Origin: Candidatus Woesearchaeota archaeon
GTDB taxonomy: Archaea; Nanobdellota; Nanobdellia; Woesearchaeales; JACPBO01
Direction of reading: 5' to 3'
NCBI GenBank assembly: GCA_030651135.1
Contig: JAUSCS010000006.1
Coordinates: 522,160 to 586,159 of the forward strand
Length of the DNA: 64,000 nt
Shown here one piece after another: positions 17,969-27,439 of this stretch (within the stretch, counting starts at the first letter, position 1; every line of letters starts with the position of its first letter). Under the pieces are notes generated by a model. It was not told the origin of the DNA, made no database searches, and saw only the letters and a program-made list of their open reading frames with translations. Made by a program: the position numbers and the translations under genes.

Positions 17969-18682
17969 ATGCATGATGCAATCCGTAAACACACACAAAA
18001 TATTAAGAAATTTCATGACAATAAAATACGCAGATATTATAAGTTCATACCCCTAATTGGGTTGATATTGTTATTAATGTTATTCTCATCTCAAAAAAAT
18101 CAACCTGACTCCACACCTATAGTAAAGCAAAGCTTCGTTGAAAGATTATCTGATTCGTGGTATGATGTTTCAAACTCATTCAAATTTGATGGATTAATTG
18201 ATGTTTTAATAACAACAATACTTTTAATAACTATATGGACTGGGTATAAGTATTGGCTTCTTAGATTAAGATACATACGAAATAACGCTAACCTGCTACA
18301 GAATATAATTATTGTAATTATGCTTTTCATTTTTGTTGACAGGCACATTAAACTTGATTCCTTTTTAGGTCAGTACATAGATTGGATATTATTTTTGATA
18401 TTCCTTTACATAATCTTAGCTGGAAGCTGGTATCTTGCAAAAACTATTGATAGAATCGACCTGACATCTGATTTATATTGTTGGGGTTTAAGGATAATCG
18501 CAACAATAGTCATCTTTATTGGCGTAAATCTATTCTTTTCAAGTGCATTTGTACTAACATTTTCTAATTCTAAACTAGTATTTGATAACATTTATTGGAT
18601 ATTGAGCATATGCTTAATACTTCTAGGAGCATTCATGGGTTTCAGATCTGTCAGAAGGTATCCGATGATTAAGATATGGTAG
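17969..18682 (+). CDS. Hypothetical multi-pass membrane protein
   Basis: Several hydrophobic segments; very AT-rich. Confidence 0.65.
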   Translation: MHDAIRKHTQNIKKFHDNKIRRYYKFIPLIGLILLLMLFSSQKNQPDSTPIVKQSFVERLSDSWYDVSNSFKFDGLIDVLITTILLITIWTGYKYWLLRLRYIRNNANLLQNIIIVIMLFIFVDRHIKLDSFLGQYIDWILFLIFLYIILAGSWYLAKTIDRIDLTSDLYCWGLRIIATIVIFIGVNLFFSSAFVLTFSNSKLVFDNIYWILSICLILLGAFMGFRSVRRYPMIKIW

Positions 18683-18724
18683 GTCTGAACAAAACTTTTC
18701 TCAGAAAAAATAAGAATTCCTGTT

Positions 18725-18791
18725 TAGGTGACTACAAAATAGCCTAAATGTAGTCACCTAATACCAAAACATTTAAATATGTAGTCACCTA
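18725..18791. promoter_or_regulatory. Triple operator-like repeat (TGTAGTCACCTA) around the fic promoter
   Basis: TAGGTGACTACA inverted copy plus two direct TGTAGTCACCTA copies flanking TTTAAATA. Confidence 0.6.
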
Positions 18792-18800
18792 TATTATTCT

Positions 18801-19751
18801 ATGCACGTTGAGAAAAGAAAGGCAGGAAAGCGAATAAAGTATTTTTTGGCGCATTCTTACAGGGAGGGCGCTAAGGTTTACAAATTCAGAAAATATCTGG
18901 GGCAGGACATAGATTTGCTGGAGGAAAGGAAAAAAATAGCTGAAAAGCTTATCCTTGAAGAAATACACAAATACAAAATCATAAAAGATCCGCTTCAGGT
19001 GGAACTTTCAGAAGAAGAGATAGCTTCAATAAGAAAGCTTGAAGCTCAAATACCCTTAAAAATAAGCCATTTATCAGAAGGAGACTGGAAAGAATTCTCA
19101 GAAATATTCACATACAATACCAATGCCATAGAAGGAAGCAGATTAAATCAGGAAGAAGTGAAAGAGCTGCTGGAAAAAGACAAATGGCCCAATAAGTCAA
19201 AAGAGGATATTGCAGAAGCATTTGGAGTGGATGAATCAATTTCATATATTCGAAACACAAAAGAGCATATCTCATTAGAGCTCATAAAAAAAATGCATAA
19301 GATTGTGTTCAAAAATTCCAAGCCATTTGCCGGAAAACTGAGAAAAAGAGGTGAAGAAGTAGTTGTCATGGGCAGCGGGGGAAATGTTGTCCATGAAGGA
19401 GCGCCGCAGGCAAGAATAAATCATCTTCTGCGCGGTTTGGCAGAATGGTATGAAAAGAACAAAAATAGGTATCCTGGATTGATTCTCGGGGCAGTTGTAC
19501 ATAACCAATTTGAGAATATTCATCCGTTCAGGGATGGAAATGGGCGAGTGGGAAGAATCTTGCTAAATAATATCCTCATCAAGCATAATCTGCCCCCGAT
19601 AAACATAGATTTCAGGAACAGGGCAGAATACTATGCATCTTTGCAGGCATATGAAAAAAACCATGATTTAAAGCCCACAATAGAGCTTTATATGAAAGAA
19701 TACAATGAATTAAAGAAAAAACTTGGCAACCACAAAACAAAGAAAGCCTAA
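18801..19751 (+). CDS. Fic-domain protein
   Basis: Canonical HPFRDGNGRVGR motif; TNAIEG inhibitory-helix-like motif. Confidence 0.92.
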   Translation: MHVEKRKAGKRIKYFLAHSYREGAKVYKFRKYLGQDIDLLEERKKIAEKLILEEIHKYKIIKDPLQVELSEEEIASIRKLEAQIPLKISHLSEGDWKEFSEIFTYNTNAIEGSRLNQEEVKELLEKDKWPNKSKEDIAEAFGVDESISYIRNTKEHISLELIKKMHKIVFKNSKPFAGKLRKRGEEVVVMGSGGNVVHEGAPQARINHLLRGLAEWYEKNKNRYPGLILGAVVHNQFENIHPFRDGNGRVGRILLNNILIKHNLPPINIDFRNRAEYYASLQAYEKNHDLKPTIELYMKEYNELKKKLGNHKTKKA

Positions 19752-19771
19752 ATAGATGAATCAGCTCTTTT

Positions 19772-20398
19772 TTATATCTCAATAATCTTCCCTTTCTTCC
19801 CGACATTTATGACCCTTGTCTTCCCAACCATTTCTTCTATGCCTTCTGCCTCATGCACATGGGAGCAGAGCAGAATGTCAGGATGGAATTTTTCTATTGC
19901 TCTCTTTATTCCTGAGCTGCCTGGAAAGAACTGCGTGAACTTCTCCATTTTTGTTCCTGAAGGATGCACATGTGTAACCATTATCTTCTTGCTTAACTCC
20001 TTTATTTTGTCAAAGCCTTTCTTCAGCAGATCATAAATCTCTTTTTCATCCATCTGAAACAATCCAATATTGGCGCCGCCTGCTCCAAAGATTCCTACAT
20101 TGCCGTATTTCACAGAATAGCCATGAATATTCTTCACTCCATAAACTTCAGCAAGAAAATCCGCTGTTGCAACTGTTTCATGATTTCCTGGAATAAGCAA
20201 AACTTTCTCATTCCTTTTTTTAAAAGGACCGATTAAGTTTGTTGTTGACCTGTCTCCCATTGTCAGATCGCCGCAAAGAATAACCAAATCAACATTTTCC
20301 CTTTTTGCCTGCTCTGCCAGCTTCTCAGCCAGGCTCATGTCGCCGTGTATATCTCCAGCGGCAAGTATCTTCAGTTTTTTATCAGTTTTCTTTTCCAT
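19772..20398 (-). CDS. Calcineurin-like metallophosphoesterase
   Basis: GDIHG, CGD, GNHE, THVHP, SHVHE. Confidence 0.9.
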   Translation of the reverse strand: MEKKTDKKLKILAAGDIHGDMSLAEKLAEQAKRENVDLVILCGDLTMGDRSTTNLIGPFKKRNEKVLLIPGNHETVATADFLAEVYGVKNIHGYSVKYGNVGIFGAGGANIGLFQMDEKEIYDLLKKGFDKIKELSKKIMVTHVHPSGTKMEKFTQFFPGSSGIKRAIEKFHPDILLCSHVHEAEGIEEMVGKTRVINVGKKGKIIEI

Positions 20399-20433
20399 AA
20401 TGCAAAATAATAGAACGTAATTTAAAAAACTTC

Positions 20434-21003
20434 CTATCTTTTTATGACCTTTTCATTGTCAGTCAGATCAATTATTGTTGAAGGCCTGCCTTTTTTCTCT
20501 CCTTCATATAGTATGAAATCAATCTTCACCTTTATTTCAGGATCAAGATTATCAAGCGATGTCATGAAATCCTTGCCAATTACATTGGCAGATGTTGTCA
20601 CAATCGGAGCATTCAGCTCAGCAGCAACCTCACTGAACCAATGGTTTGGAATTCTAATGCCCAGAGTATCAAGATCAGAATTCACATTTGGAGAAACCGC
20701 ATCCTTTTTTTTCAGTTTTAGAATCAGGGTATATGGTCCGGGCAATTTATTAATCCATTTTTCTGCTTCTTTTGAGACTTCGCAGTTTTCCCTGATCCAT
20801 TCTTTGGAAGGGGCAATAATTGAAAAAGGCCTTGTATATCGCTGCTTCGCTTCCCTTACTTTTTTTACCGCTCCAAAATGCCTTGCATTGCAGCCGATTC
20901 CATAGATTGTGTCAGTAGGATGAATAAATGTAGCGCCATTTAATATCCCCCTCAAAATTGCTTCCTTGTTTATCTTGAATTCATCTTTATTTATGATTTC
21001 CAT
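20434..21003 (-). CDS. sua5: Threonylcarbamoyl-AMP synthase (Sua5/YrdC/TsaC)
   Basis: PTDTIYGIG, K.R...PFS, LPGPYT, GIRIP, TTSAN, PSTIID. Confidence 0.92.
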   Translation of the reverse strand: MEIINKDEFKINKEAILRGILNGATFIHPTDTIYGIGCNARHFGAVKKVREAKQRYTRPFSIIAPSKEWIRENCEVSKEAEKWINKLPGPYTLILKLKKKDAVSPNVNSDLDTLGIRIPNHWFSEVAAELNAPIVTTSANVIGKDFMTSLDNLDPEIKVKIDFILYEGEKKGRPSTIIDLTDNEKVIKR

Positions 21004-21057
21004 GATTTTCAGGAATGCCTTATGGTTTATAAAGCTTGTTATATGCACTATATACCC

Positions 21058-21399
21058 TTAGAATTCTATTTTGTCATTGATCTTTGTTTTGCCAATAATG
21101 CCGCAAGGTAATTCAACAGCATATTTTGCTCTTTTAACACTATTATAAATAGCAAAGGGCCTAAAGTTTTTTTTCCTCTCAACAACTCTTTTATCTCTAT
21201 TTAAAAACAGCACATCAATCGGATAAAAAACAAAGAACATATGCAGTGAAATCCTTTTTTCTTCATCAAAAGCAAGGACCAATGCAAAATCCTTTATTTT
21301 CTTTGAAAACATTAATCCAATTGCCTTTGAAAACAGACTTTTACAGATTTTATGTTTTTCAGCCAGAATTATTTTTTGCGATACGTTCTTAATTGCCAT
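21058..21399 (-). CDS. DUF192-family protein
   Basis: GLMF, LHMFFVFYPIDVLFL, YAVELP. Confidence 0.8.
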   Translation of the reverse strand: MAIKNVSQKIILAEKHKICKSLFSKAIGLMFSKKIKDFALVLAFDEEKRISLHMFFVFYPIDVLFLNRDKRVVERKKNFRPFAIYNSVKRAKYAVELPCGIIGKTKINDKIEF

Positions 21400-23016
21400 T
21401 TATTTTATTGCTGCTTTTACAAATCCGTAAAATAATGGAGCCGGATCTTCAAGCCTTGATTTAAGTTCAGGATGTGCCTGCGTGGCTATAAAAAACTTGT
21501 GTTTTGAAAGCTCTATAAACTCAACTAATCTTCCGTTAGGTGACATTCCGCTGAACATCAATCCTTTTTCCTCCAGTATTTTATGATAGTCTGGATTGAC
21601 TTCATAGCGGTGCCTGTGCCTTTCAGAAGCTTCATCTGAATTGTAAAGTTTCTGGACAATGCTTCCTTTCTTCAAAACTGCCTTGCAGGCGCCGAGCCTC
21701 ATTGTAGCTCCTTTCTCTTTTACATTTTTCTGCTCAGGCAAAATATCTATGACTGGATTATTTGTTTTCTCGTCATTCTCGCTTGTGCCTGCATCTTTCA
21801 AGCCGCAGACATTTCTTGCAAATTCAATAACTGCTAACTGCAATCCATAGCACAATCCAAGGAAAGGAATGTCATTTTCACGGGCATATTGTATCACTTT
21901 TATTTTTCCTTCTGTTCCTCTTGCTCCAAATCCGCCAGGAACAATAACGCCATTAACATCCTTTAAAGCATCTTCAACTTTTACCTTTCCATTTTCTATC
22001 TCTGTTGTTTCAATCCATTTCAGTTCAACTTTTGCATTGAGATGCGCCCCTGCGTGCATCAACGCCTCTATAATGCTTGCGTAAGAGTCCATCAATGCAG
22101 TGTATTTGCCGCAGATTGCGATCTTGACCTTGTTTTTAGGATTTTTTATATTTGCAACTAATTTTTTCCACTCAACTAAATCATTTATGTTCCTGAGAGC
22201 TAATTTTTCTTTTAAAACTTTCAGCAATCCTTCCTTTTCAAAAATAATCGGCAGTTCATAAGTTGTCTCCACTTTCGGGTCTGATATCACTTCCTCTTTC
22301 CTTACATTGGAAAACAGGGCAATCTTTTCTTTTATCTTGTCCTGCAAATAATCTTCTGATCTGCCTATCACAATATCCGGCTGTATTCCTCTCTGCTCGA
22401 GCATTGAAACGCTCTGCTGCGTTGGCTTGCTTTTCTGCTCTTCCACACCGCCGACAACAGGCACGAATGCAAGATGGACATATAGAATATTTTCCCTGCC
22501 AACCATTGACTTTAACTGTCTTGCTGCTTCTATAAAGAGCATATTTTCTATATCGCCGACTGTGCCGCCGATTTCAATAAGCATGATGTCTGCTTTTTCC
22601 TCATTTGCAATCTCAAAAAGCCTGTTTTTAATTTCATCTGTAACATGCGGTATCATCTGCACTGTCTTGCCCAGGTAATCTCCTCTTCTTTCGCGGTCAA
22701 TCACCGCTTTGAAAACCTTTCCAGAAGTCAGGTTCCATTTGAATTTGCAGTTTATATTCAGGAATCTTTCATAATGGCCGAAATCCATGTCAACCTCTCC
22801 ACCGTCATCAAGAACAAATACTTCGCCATGCTCTATCGGATTCATTGTGCCCGGATCAACATTAAGATAGCCGTCGCACTTTACCGGGATCACTCTATAA
22901 GTTGAATTGAGAAGCCTTCCGATAGAAGCAGTTACGATTCCCTTGCCTAATCCAGAAAGAACACCGCCAGTTACAATGATCCACTTCGTTTTATTAGTGA
23001 GCACAACTAAGAACAT
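21400..23016 (-). CDS. pyrG: CTP synthase
   Basis: GGVLSGLGKG, DPGTMNP.EHGEV, GLCYG, RHRHRYE, QAHPE. Confidence 0.97.
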   Translation of the reverse strand: MFLVVLTNKTKWIIVTGGVLSGLGKGIVTASIGRLLNSTYRVIPVKCDGYLNVDPGTMNPIEHGEVFVLDDGGEVDMDFGHYERFLNINCKFKWNLTSGKVFKAVIDRERRGDYLGKTVQMIPHVTDEIKNRLFEIANEEKADIMLIEIGGTVGDIENMLFIEAARQLKSMVGRENILYVHLAFVPVVGGVEEQKSKPTQQSVSMLEQRGIQPDIVIGRSEDYLQDKIKEKIALFSNVRKEEVISDPKVETTYELPIIFEKEGLLKVLKEKLALRNINDLVEWKKLVANIKNPKNKVKIAICGKYTALMDSYASIIEALMHAGAHLNAKVELKWIETTEIENGKVKVEDALKDVNGVIVPGGFGARGTEGKIKVIQYARENDIPFLGLCYGLQLAVIEFARNVCGLKDAGTSENDEKTNNPVIDILPEQKNVKEKGATMRLGACKAVLKKGSIVQKLYNSDEASERHRHRYEVNPDYHKILEEKGLMFSGMSPNGRLVEFIELSKHKFFIATQAHPELKSRLEDPAPLFYGFVKAAIK

Positions 23017-23045
23017 GCACTTTTATTTATAAAGTTTTCTCTAAT

Positions 23046-23669
23046 TCAAAATATGATCTGAAAAATAGACCTATAAACACTAAACCCATCAATGCCAGGG
23101 ATCGGAAGCATGTTCAATATAAATAAAAACATATTGATCTGCTTTGTCAGATACAATATTGAATAATATTTTTTATTCACTTTTTTATTTTTCAAAACAA
23201 GCCATGATCCGATCCAGAGCACTAGATTTACAAAAGGCCCGGCAAATGCTATCACTCCGCTCTGCATGGAAGTTAAAGGCTGAAGCGGCACTACAAATCC
23301 TGGAATGAAAAAAATAAATCCAAATCCAACAATCTTCAAAAATATCCCGATTAACAGCCATCCATAAGCTGCGAAAAATGTTGCTGAAACTCCAAAAAGC
23401 ATTGCAGCAAACTTATGGCCAAGCTCATGCAGCACAATTGCAGGAGCAACAACTGCGACAGCAAATTTAAAGTTGGAAAAATTGAATTTTCCGTAATGTT
23501 TCAAGGGATCGTATGATCCAACAGCAGGCATTCTGAAAATATCTTTGAAAATAAAGCCAATCACAATGCTCATAATTATTATATCAATTATCTCAAGAAT
23601 GGGCGAATTAAAAGGAATGCTGATATTAAACATCCGCAATATATCCAGTCTTGTAAAGTCGAAGATCAT
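23046..23669 (-). CDS. Site-2 protease (peptidase M50)
   Basis: HELGH, AGPFVN, NMLP.PGIDG. Confidence 0.88.
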   Translation of the reverse strand: MIFDFTRLDILRMFNISIPFNSPILEIIDIIIMSIVIGFIFKDIFRMPAVGSYDPLKHYGKFNFSNFKFAVAVVAPAIVLHELGHKFAAMLFGVSATFFAAYGWLLIGIFLKIVGFGFIFFIPGFVVPLQPLTSMQSGVIAFAGPFVNLVLWIGSWLVLKNKKVNKKYYSILYLTKQINMFLFILNMLPIPGIDGFSVYRSIFQIIF

Positions 23670-23743
23670 AGATTAAAAATAAACACATATTATTTATATA
23701 CTTTCCCATAACATTTATATATTACTCTTTAAAATCTTTTCTT

Positions 23744-24730
23744 ATGTTCGAAATAATATTATTATTAGTCATTATGATCTTTTTGAGTATAATCTTCATT
23801 ACTTTGGGATCTGACTGGGCAACTGATTCTTTGATCCCTCTGGCGCAGAAGCTCGGAACAACGCATGTTGCTATCGGCCTGATACTTGTTTCAATAATGG
23901 TCAGTTTGCCTGAAATAATAATTGCTATTTGGGCTGCAAAGCTGGGTCATATAAACATAAGCTTGGGCGTTATAATTGGATCAATAATATGCAACATCGG
24001 CTTAATGACCGGCTTATCAGCAATGATAAAGCCGCTTAAGGTCAGCAGATCTCTGATTTTAAGGGACAGCATATTTGCCGTGTGCGTTGCTATTGTTGTT
24101 CTTGTTTTAAGCACAGATTACCAGATCACAAGATCTGAAGGCTGGGCATTCATCCTTATTTTTATACCATACTTAATTAATGTCTGGGTGCAGGAAAAAT
24201 CAAAGCATGAAGCCCAGAAAGAGAAAGAATTGAAAGAAGTGGAGATAGAGCTGGACTTTATCGGTCTGCAGTTTGGCAAAATAAAAGCAGGAGTTTTGAG
24301 CTTTATTCTCGGGATGATCCTTCTCTTGATAGGATCCTATCTTTTTTCAAAATCATTAACATGGATATCTGGCGCATTTGGCTTTTCAGATCTGCTCATT
24401 GGCCTGACAATAGGCGCAATCGGACCATCAATACCCAATATAGCGGCTGCAATCCAGGCAACATTGAAAAACATGGAAGAGGTTGCTGTTTCAGAAACTC
24501 TTGGTTCTAATATTTTTACATTGCTGATTACATTAGGAATTTTATCAATCATACAGCCTATTACAATAACAGCAGGATGGCTGCGCTTTGACATTCCTAT
24601 AATGGTTGCAATGAGCATACTGCTGCTCACCTTTATGGTTTACAAGCAGAGGATTTCAAGGGCAGAAGGATGGATTTTGTTTTTGAGCTACATAGCTGTT
24701 TTAATAATGAACATATTTATACATATGTGA
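23744..24730 (+). CDS. Ca2+/cation antiporter (YrbG-like)
   Basis: Alpha repeats SLPE..GSIICN and SIPN..GSNIF; about 10 TM segments. Confidence 0.88.
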   Translation: MFEIILLLVIMIFLSIIFITLGSDWATDSLIPLAQKLGTTHVAIGLILVSIMVSLPEIIIAIWAAKLGHINISLGVIIGSIICNIGLMTGLSAMIKPLKVSRSLILRDSIFAVCVAIVVLVLSTDYQITRSEGWAFILIFIPYLINVWVQEKSKHEAQKEKELKEVEIELDFIGLQFGKIKAGVLSFILGMILLLIGSYLFSKSLTWISGAFGFSDLLIGLTIGAIGPSIPNIAAAIQATLKNMEEVAVSETLGSNIFTLLITLGILSIIQPITITAGWLRFDIPIMVAMSILLLTFMVYKQRISRAEGWILFLSYIAVLIMNIFIHM

Positions 24731-24736
24731 TGCAAA

Positions 24737-25093
24737 ATGACTGAACTAATAGCTTGCTTGTCGCCGGCAAAAATAACGCAGGATTATCTGGTTAAATTAA
24801 TCAACAGCCAGCAGTGGGAAAAGGTTTTTCTTGTGGCAGATGATCTCTGCAGAAAGGATTTTCCGAAAATGAAAAATGTTGAATTTATAATTGCAGATCC
24901 AAAAGAGCCGCTGCAGAAACTGAGCGAAAACATAAAAAAACAGCTCGAGAAAAAGATAACGGGCATTGAAGTTGCCTTCAACATGATAGCAGGATCAGGA
25001 AAAGAGCATATGGCTGTGCTGTCAGCATTGCTGAAGCTTGGAGTGGGGATAAGATTGATTGTTCTTACTGAAAATGGAGCTCTAGAATTGTAA
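24737..25093 (+). CDS. Small Rossmann-like protein (CARF-like motif)
   Basis: VAFNMIAGSGKEHM resembles the CARF N-x-[ST]-GG-x-K motif. Confidence 0.55.
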   Translation: MTELIACLSPAKITQDYLVKLINSQQWEKVFLVADDLCRKDFPKMKNVEFIIADPKEPLQKLSENIKKQLEKKITGIEVAFNMIAGSGKEHMAVLSALLKLGVGIRLIVLTENGALEL

Positions 25094-25094
25094 T

Positions 25095-25796
25095 TTATTT
25101 CATTATCCTATAAAGCTGATAAAGCAATCTGTCAGTTGACCTAACCAAATCAACATCCTTTCCATTAATCACAACACAATTCCCTTTCAGCTCGACTTCT
25201 GCTTTATCGTTTTCTTTCAAATAAATAACCGGCTCATCTGTGTTTGTGCAGTTGATGATCGGCCTTTCAGCGCAGTAGATTGTTTTGTTTTCAGAGCACG
25301 CCGCAACTGGCAGCAAGCCCAAACCCTGCACCATGTTTAAGCTCAATTCAGCAGCAGCCAGCGCAATATAGCCTGCCCCGGATTCTGCCGGATCAGATGT
25401 CAAATAGATGCTTTTGCTGAAATTAAACCTATCATCAATTTTTCCAACAACTGATATATTCTTTACTTCCCCGGGATTGTAATGCAGCGGAATGTTGAAA
25501 ATATTGTTTTCATTCTGTATTTGCGTGTACCACATGCCGCCGATTTTCGTGAATTTATACGCGCCGTATTTGTATTCCTGAAGGCTTTCTTCTTTACTGT
25601 AAAAATACTTTACGCTGAATATTAATGCAAACACAATAATTAGAGCAATAATTGCTATTAGAAAAACCCTTGTTGTCTTTTTTTCATCAAATTTTTCTGT
25701 TTCCTCTTTTTCTTCAGGCTCGTCTTCTAATCCTTTTTCTATTTCAGAAACATCTTTAATTACTTCTTCATCTTTGGATTTAGCTTTATCTTTCAT
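25095..25796 (-). CDS. Membrane-anchored hypothetical protein
   Basis: Acidic N-terminus, one TM segment, Cys-containing outer domain; paralogous to the next gene. Confidence 0.7.
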   Translation of the reverse strand: MKDKAKSKDEEVIKDVSEIEKGLEDEPEEKEETEKFDEKKTTRVFLIAIIALIIVFALIFSVKYFYSKEESLQEYKYGAYKFTKIGGMWYTQIQNENNIFNIPLHYNPGEVKNISVVGKIDDRFNFSKSIYLTSDPAESGAGYIALAAAELSLNMVQGLGLLPVAACSENKTIYCAERPIINCTNTDEPVIYLKENDKAEVELKGNCVVINGKDVDLVRSTDRLLYQLYRIMK

Positions 25797-26371
25797 TTAA
25801 TTATTCCAAATAACCCAAATAACAATCTGTCTTTCAATCTTATCAACTCTGCTTCATTAGTTGAATAAACAAATATGCAGTTTCCTTCCAAACTGGCTCC
25901 TGTTTCATTAGAGTAAGAGAGCTCCATAACAGGCACAGATGCTGTTGCATTCCTGCAGCTGACAACAGGAAGATTATAACTGCTTTCATTCATCAGCGAG
26001 GCTGCCGCATATATCTTGAAATTCTGCCACAACGCATTTTGAAGGTCATACTGTGTTTTTCCCATTATCTTGCGCGTGTCCTGTGAAATATCATAAGTGA
26101 TATAAAGCATTTTCGTGTTTGATATTCTGCTTACAATATCGCTGCTTAAATTTATGTCTTCGACATTTTTTGGAAAATTGTCAAAATAAACATTATTTCC
26201 GTTTATCTTTGTTGCAAAAAGATTTCCATTTTGTGAGAAACTATGGCCGTTATACTTCAGCTTTACAACATTCGTGTATCTGTCAAAAATAACGGCAAAA
26301 GTGCTGAACACCATTATAAATGCTAAAAATAATGTTACAAGGACCTGTTTGTTCATTCTCCGCTTTTTCAT
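25793..26371 (-). CDS. Membrane-anchored hypothetical protein
   Basis: N-terminal TM segment; shares C..A..PV...GNCI...DRLL with 25095..25796. Confidence 0.7.
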   Translation of the reverse strand: MKKRRMNKQVLVTLFLAFIMVFSTFAVIFDRYTNVVKLKYNGHSFSQNGNLFATKINGNNVYFDNFPKNVEDINLSSDIVSRISNTKMLYITYDISQDTRKIMGKTQYDLQNALWQNFKIYAAASLMNESSYNLPVVSCRNATASVPVMELSYSNETGASLEGNCIFVYSTNEAELIRLKDRLLFGLFGIIK

Positions 26372-26510
26372 AAGCGAATGAAGAAATGGCTTATTTATAT
26401 GTTTTTCTAAAGCTTCATTGCATTTTTCTCAGGCTATGTCTGCTGGACTCAGGTATGAAACGTATGATTAATACGAAAAGTTTATAAAGTATGAAAAATC
26501 ATACTCAAAA

Positions 26511-26750
26511 ATGCTTGAGGACAAGTCATTTGAATATTACGGAAGCACGATCATTGGTGAAAGAGGGCAGATGGTGCTGCCGTCAAAGCTTAGGAAAAAA
26601 TTAGGAATAGGCAAAGGCGAAAAATTTCTGGTTTTAAGCGGTGAAAAAATGGGAGCCCGCGGAATCATTCTGGTCAAAGCTGATGTAATGACTAAATTGC
26701 TGTCAAAATTTTTCGGCGGGGATATAAATAAAATGCTGAAGGAAAAATGA
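26511..26750 (+). CDS. AbrB/MazE/SpoVT-family regulator
   Basis: IGERGQMVLPSKLRKKLGI; GTATGA repeats around its promoter. Confidence 0.85.
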   Translation: MLEDKSFEYYGSTIIGERGQMVLPSKLRKKLGIGKGEKFLVLSGEKMGARGIILVKADVMTKLLSKFFGGDINKMLKEK

Positions 26751-27439
26751 GCGCAATAATCGAATTGAGGAATGTCTGGAAAACATACAGGATGGGTGAA
26801 GTTGAGGTTAATGCATTGTGCGGCCTCAACCTTAAGATCAAAAAGGGCGAGTTTGTTGCAATACAGGGCCCGAGCGGCAGCGGAAAAAGTACAGCAATGA
26901 ACATGGTTGGCTGCTTGGATATTCCCACAAAAGGCGACATATTCCTTGAAGGCCAGAATATTGCTAAATTGCATGAATCAGATCTTGCCCAGATAAGAGG
27001 CAGAAAAATAGGATTCATATTCCAGCAGTTTAATTTAATACCTACATTAACAGCCCTTGAGAATGTTGCCCTGCCAATGACTTTCCAGGATGTGCCGGCA
27101 GATGAGCGCATAAAAACTGCAAAAGAGCTTTTGGCAATAGTGGGCTTAAATGACAGGATGCGCCACAAGCCTTCAGAAATGAGCGGAGGGCAGCAGCAGA
27201 GAGTGGCAATTGCCAGATCACTTTCAAATAAGCCAGAGGTGATATTGGCTGATGAGCCGACAGGAAATCTCGACAGCAGAAGCGGCAGGGACATAATACA
27301 CTTTTTAAAAAAGATGCACGAAAAAGAAGGCAAAACTTTCATTTTGGTCACTCATGATGCAGCTCTTGCAAAAGAGGCAGACAGGATTGAATATCTCAGA
27401 GATGGAAAAATTGTAAAAAGCTTGAATGGGGTGGGTTAG
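26747..27439 (+). CDS. ABC transporter ATPase (LolD/MacB-like)
   Basis: GPSGSGKST, SGGQQQRVAIAR, ADEPTGNLD. Confidence 0.95.
   Translation: MSAIIELRNVWKTYRMGEVEVNALCGLNLKIKKGEFVAIQGPSGSGKSTAMNMVGCLDIPTKGDIFLEGQNIAKLHESDLAQIRGRKIGFIFQQFNLIPTLTALENVALPMTFQDVPADERIKTAKELLAIVGLNDRMRHKPSEMSGGQQQRVAIARSLSNKPEVILADEPTGNLDSRSGRDIIHFLKKMHEKEGKTFILVTHDAALAKEADRIEYLRDGKIVKSLNGVG

Noticed and set aside
18725-18791. Mini CRISPR array (also considered for 58967..59007)
   Set aside because: Repeats are only 12-20 bp in 2-3 copies, overlap promoters, and there are no spacers or cas genes; they are better explained as operators
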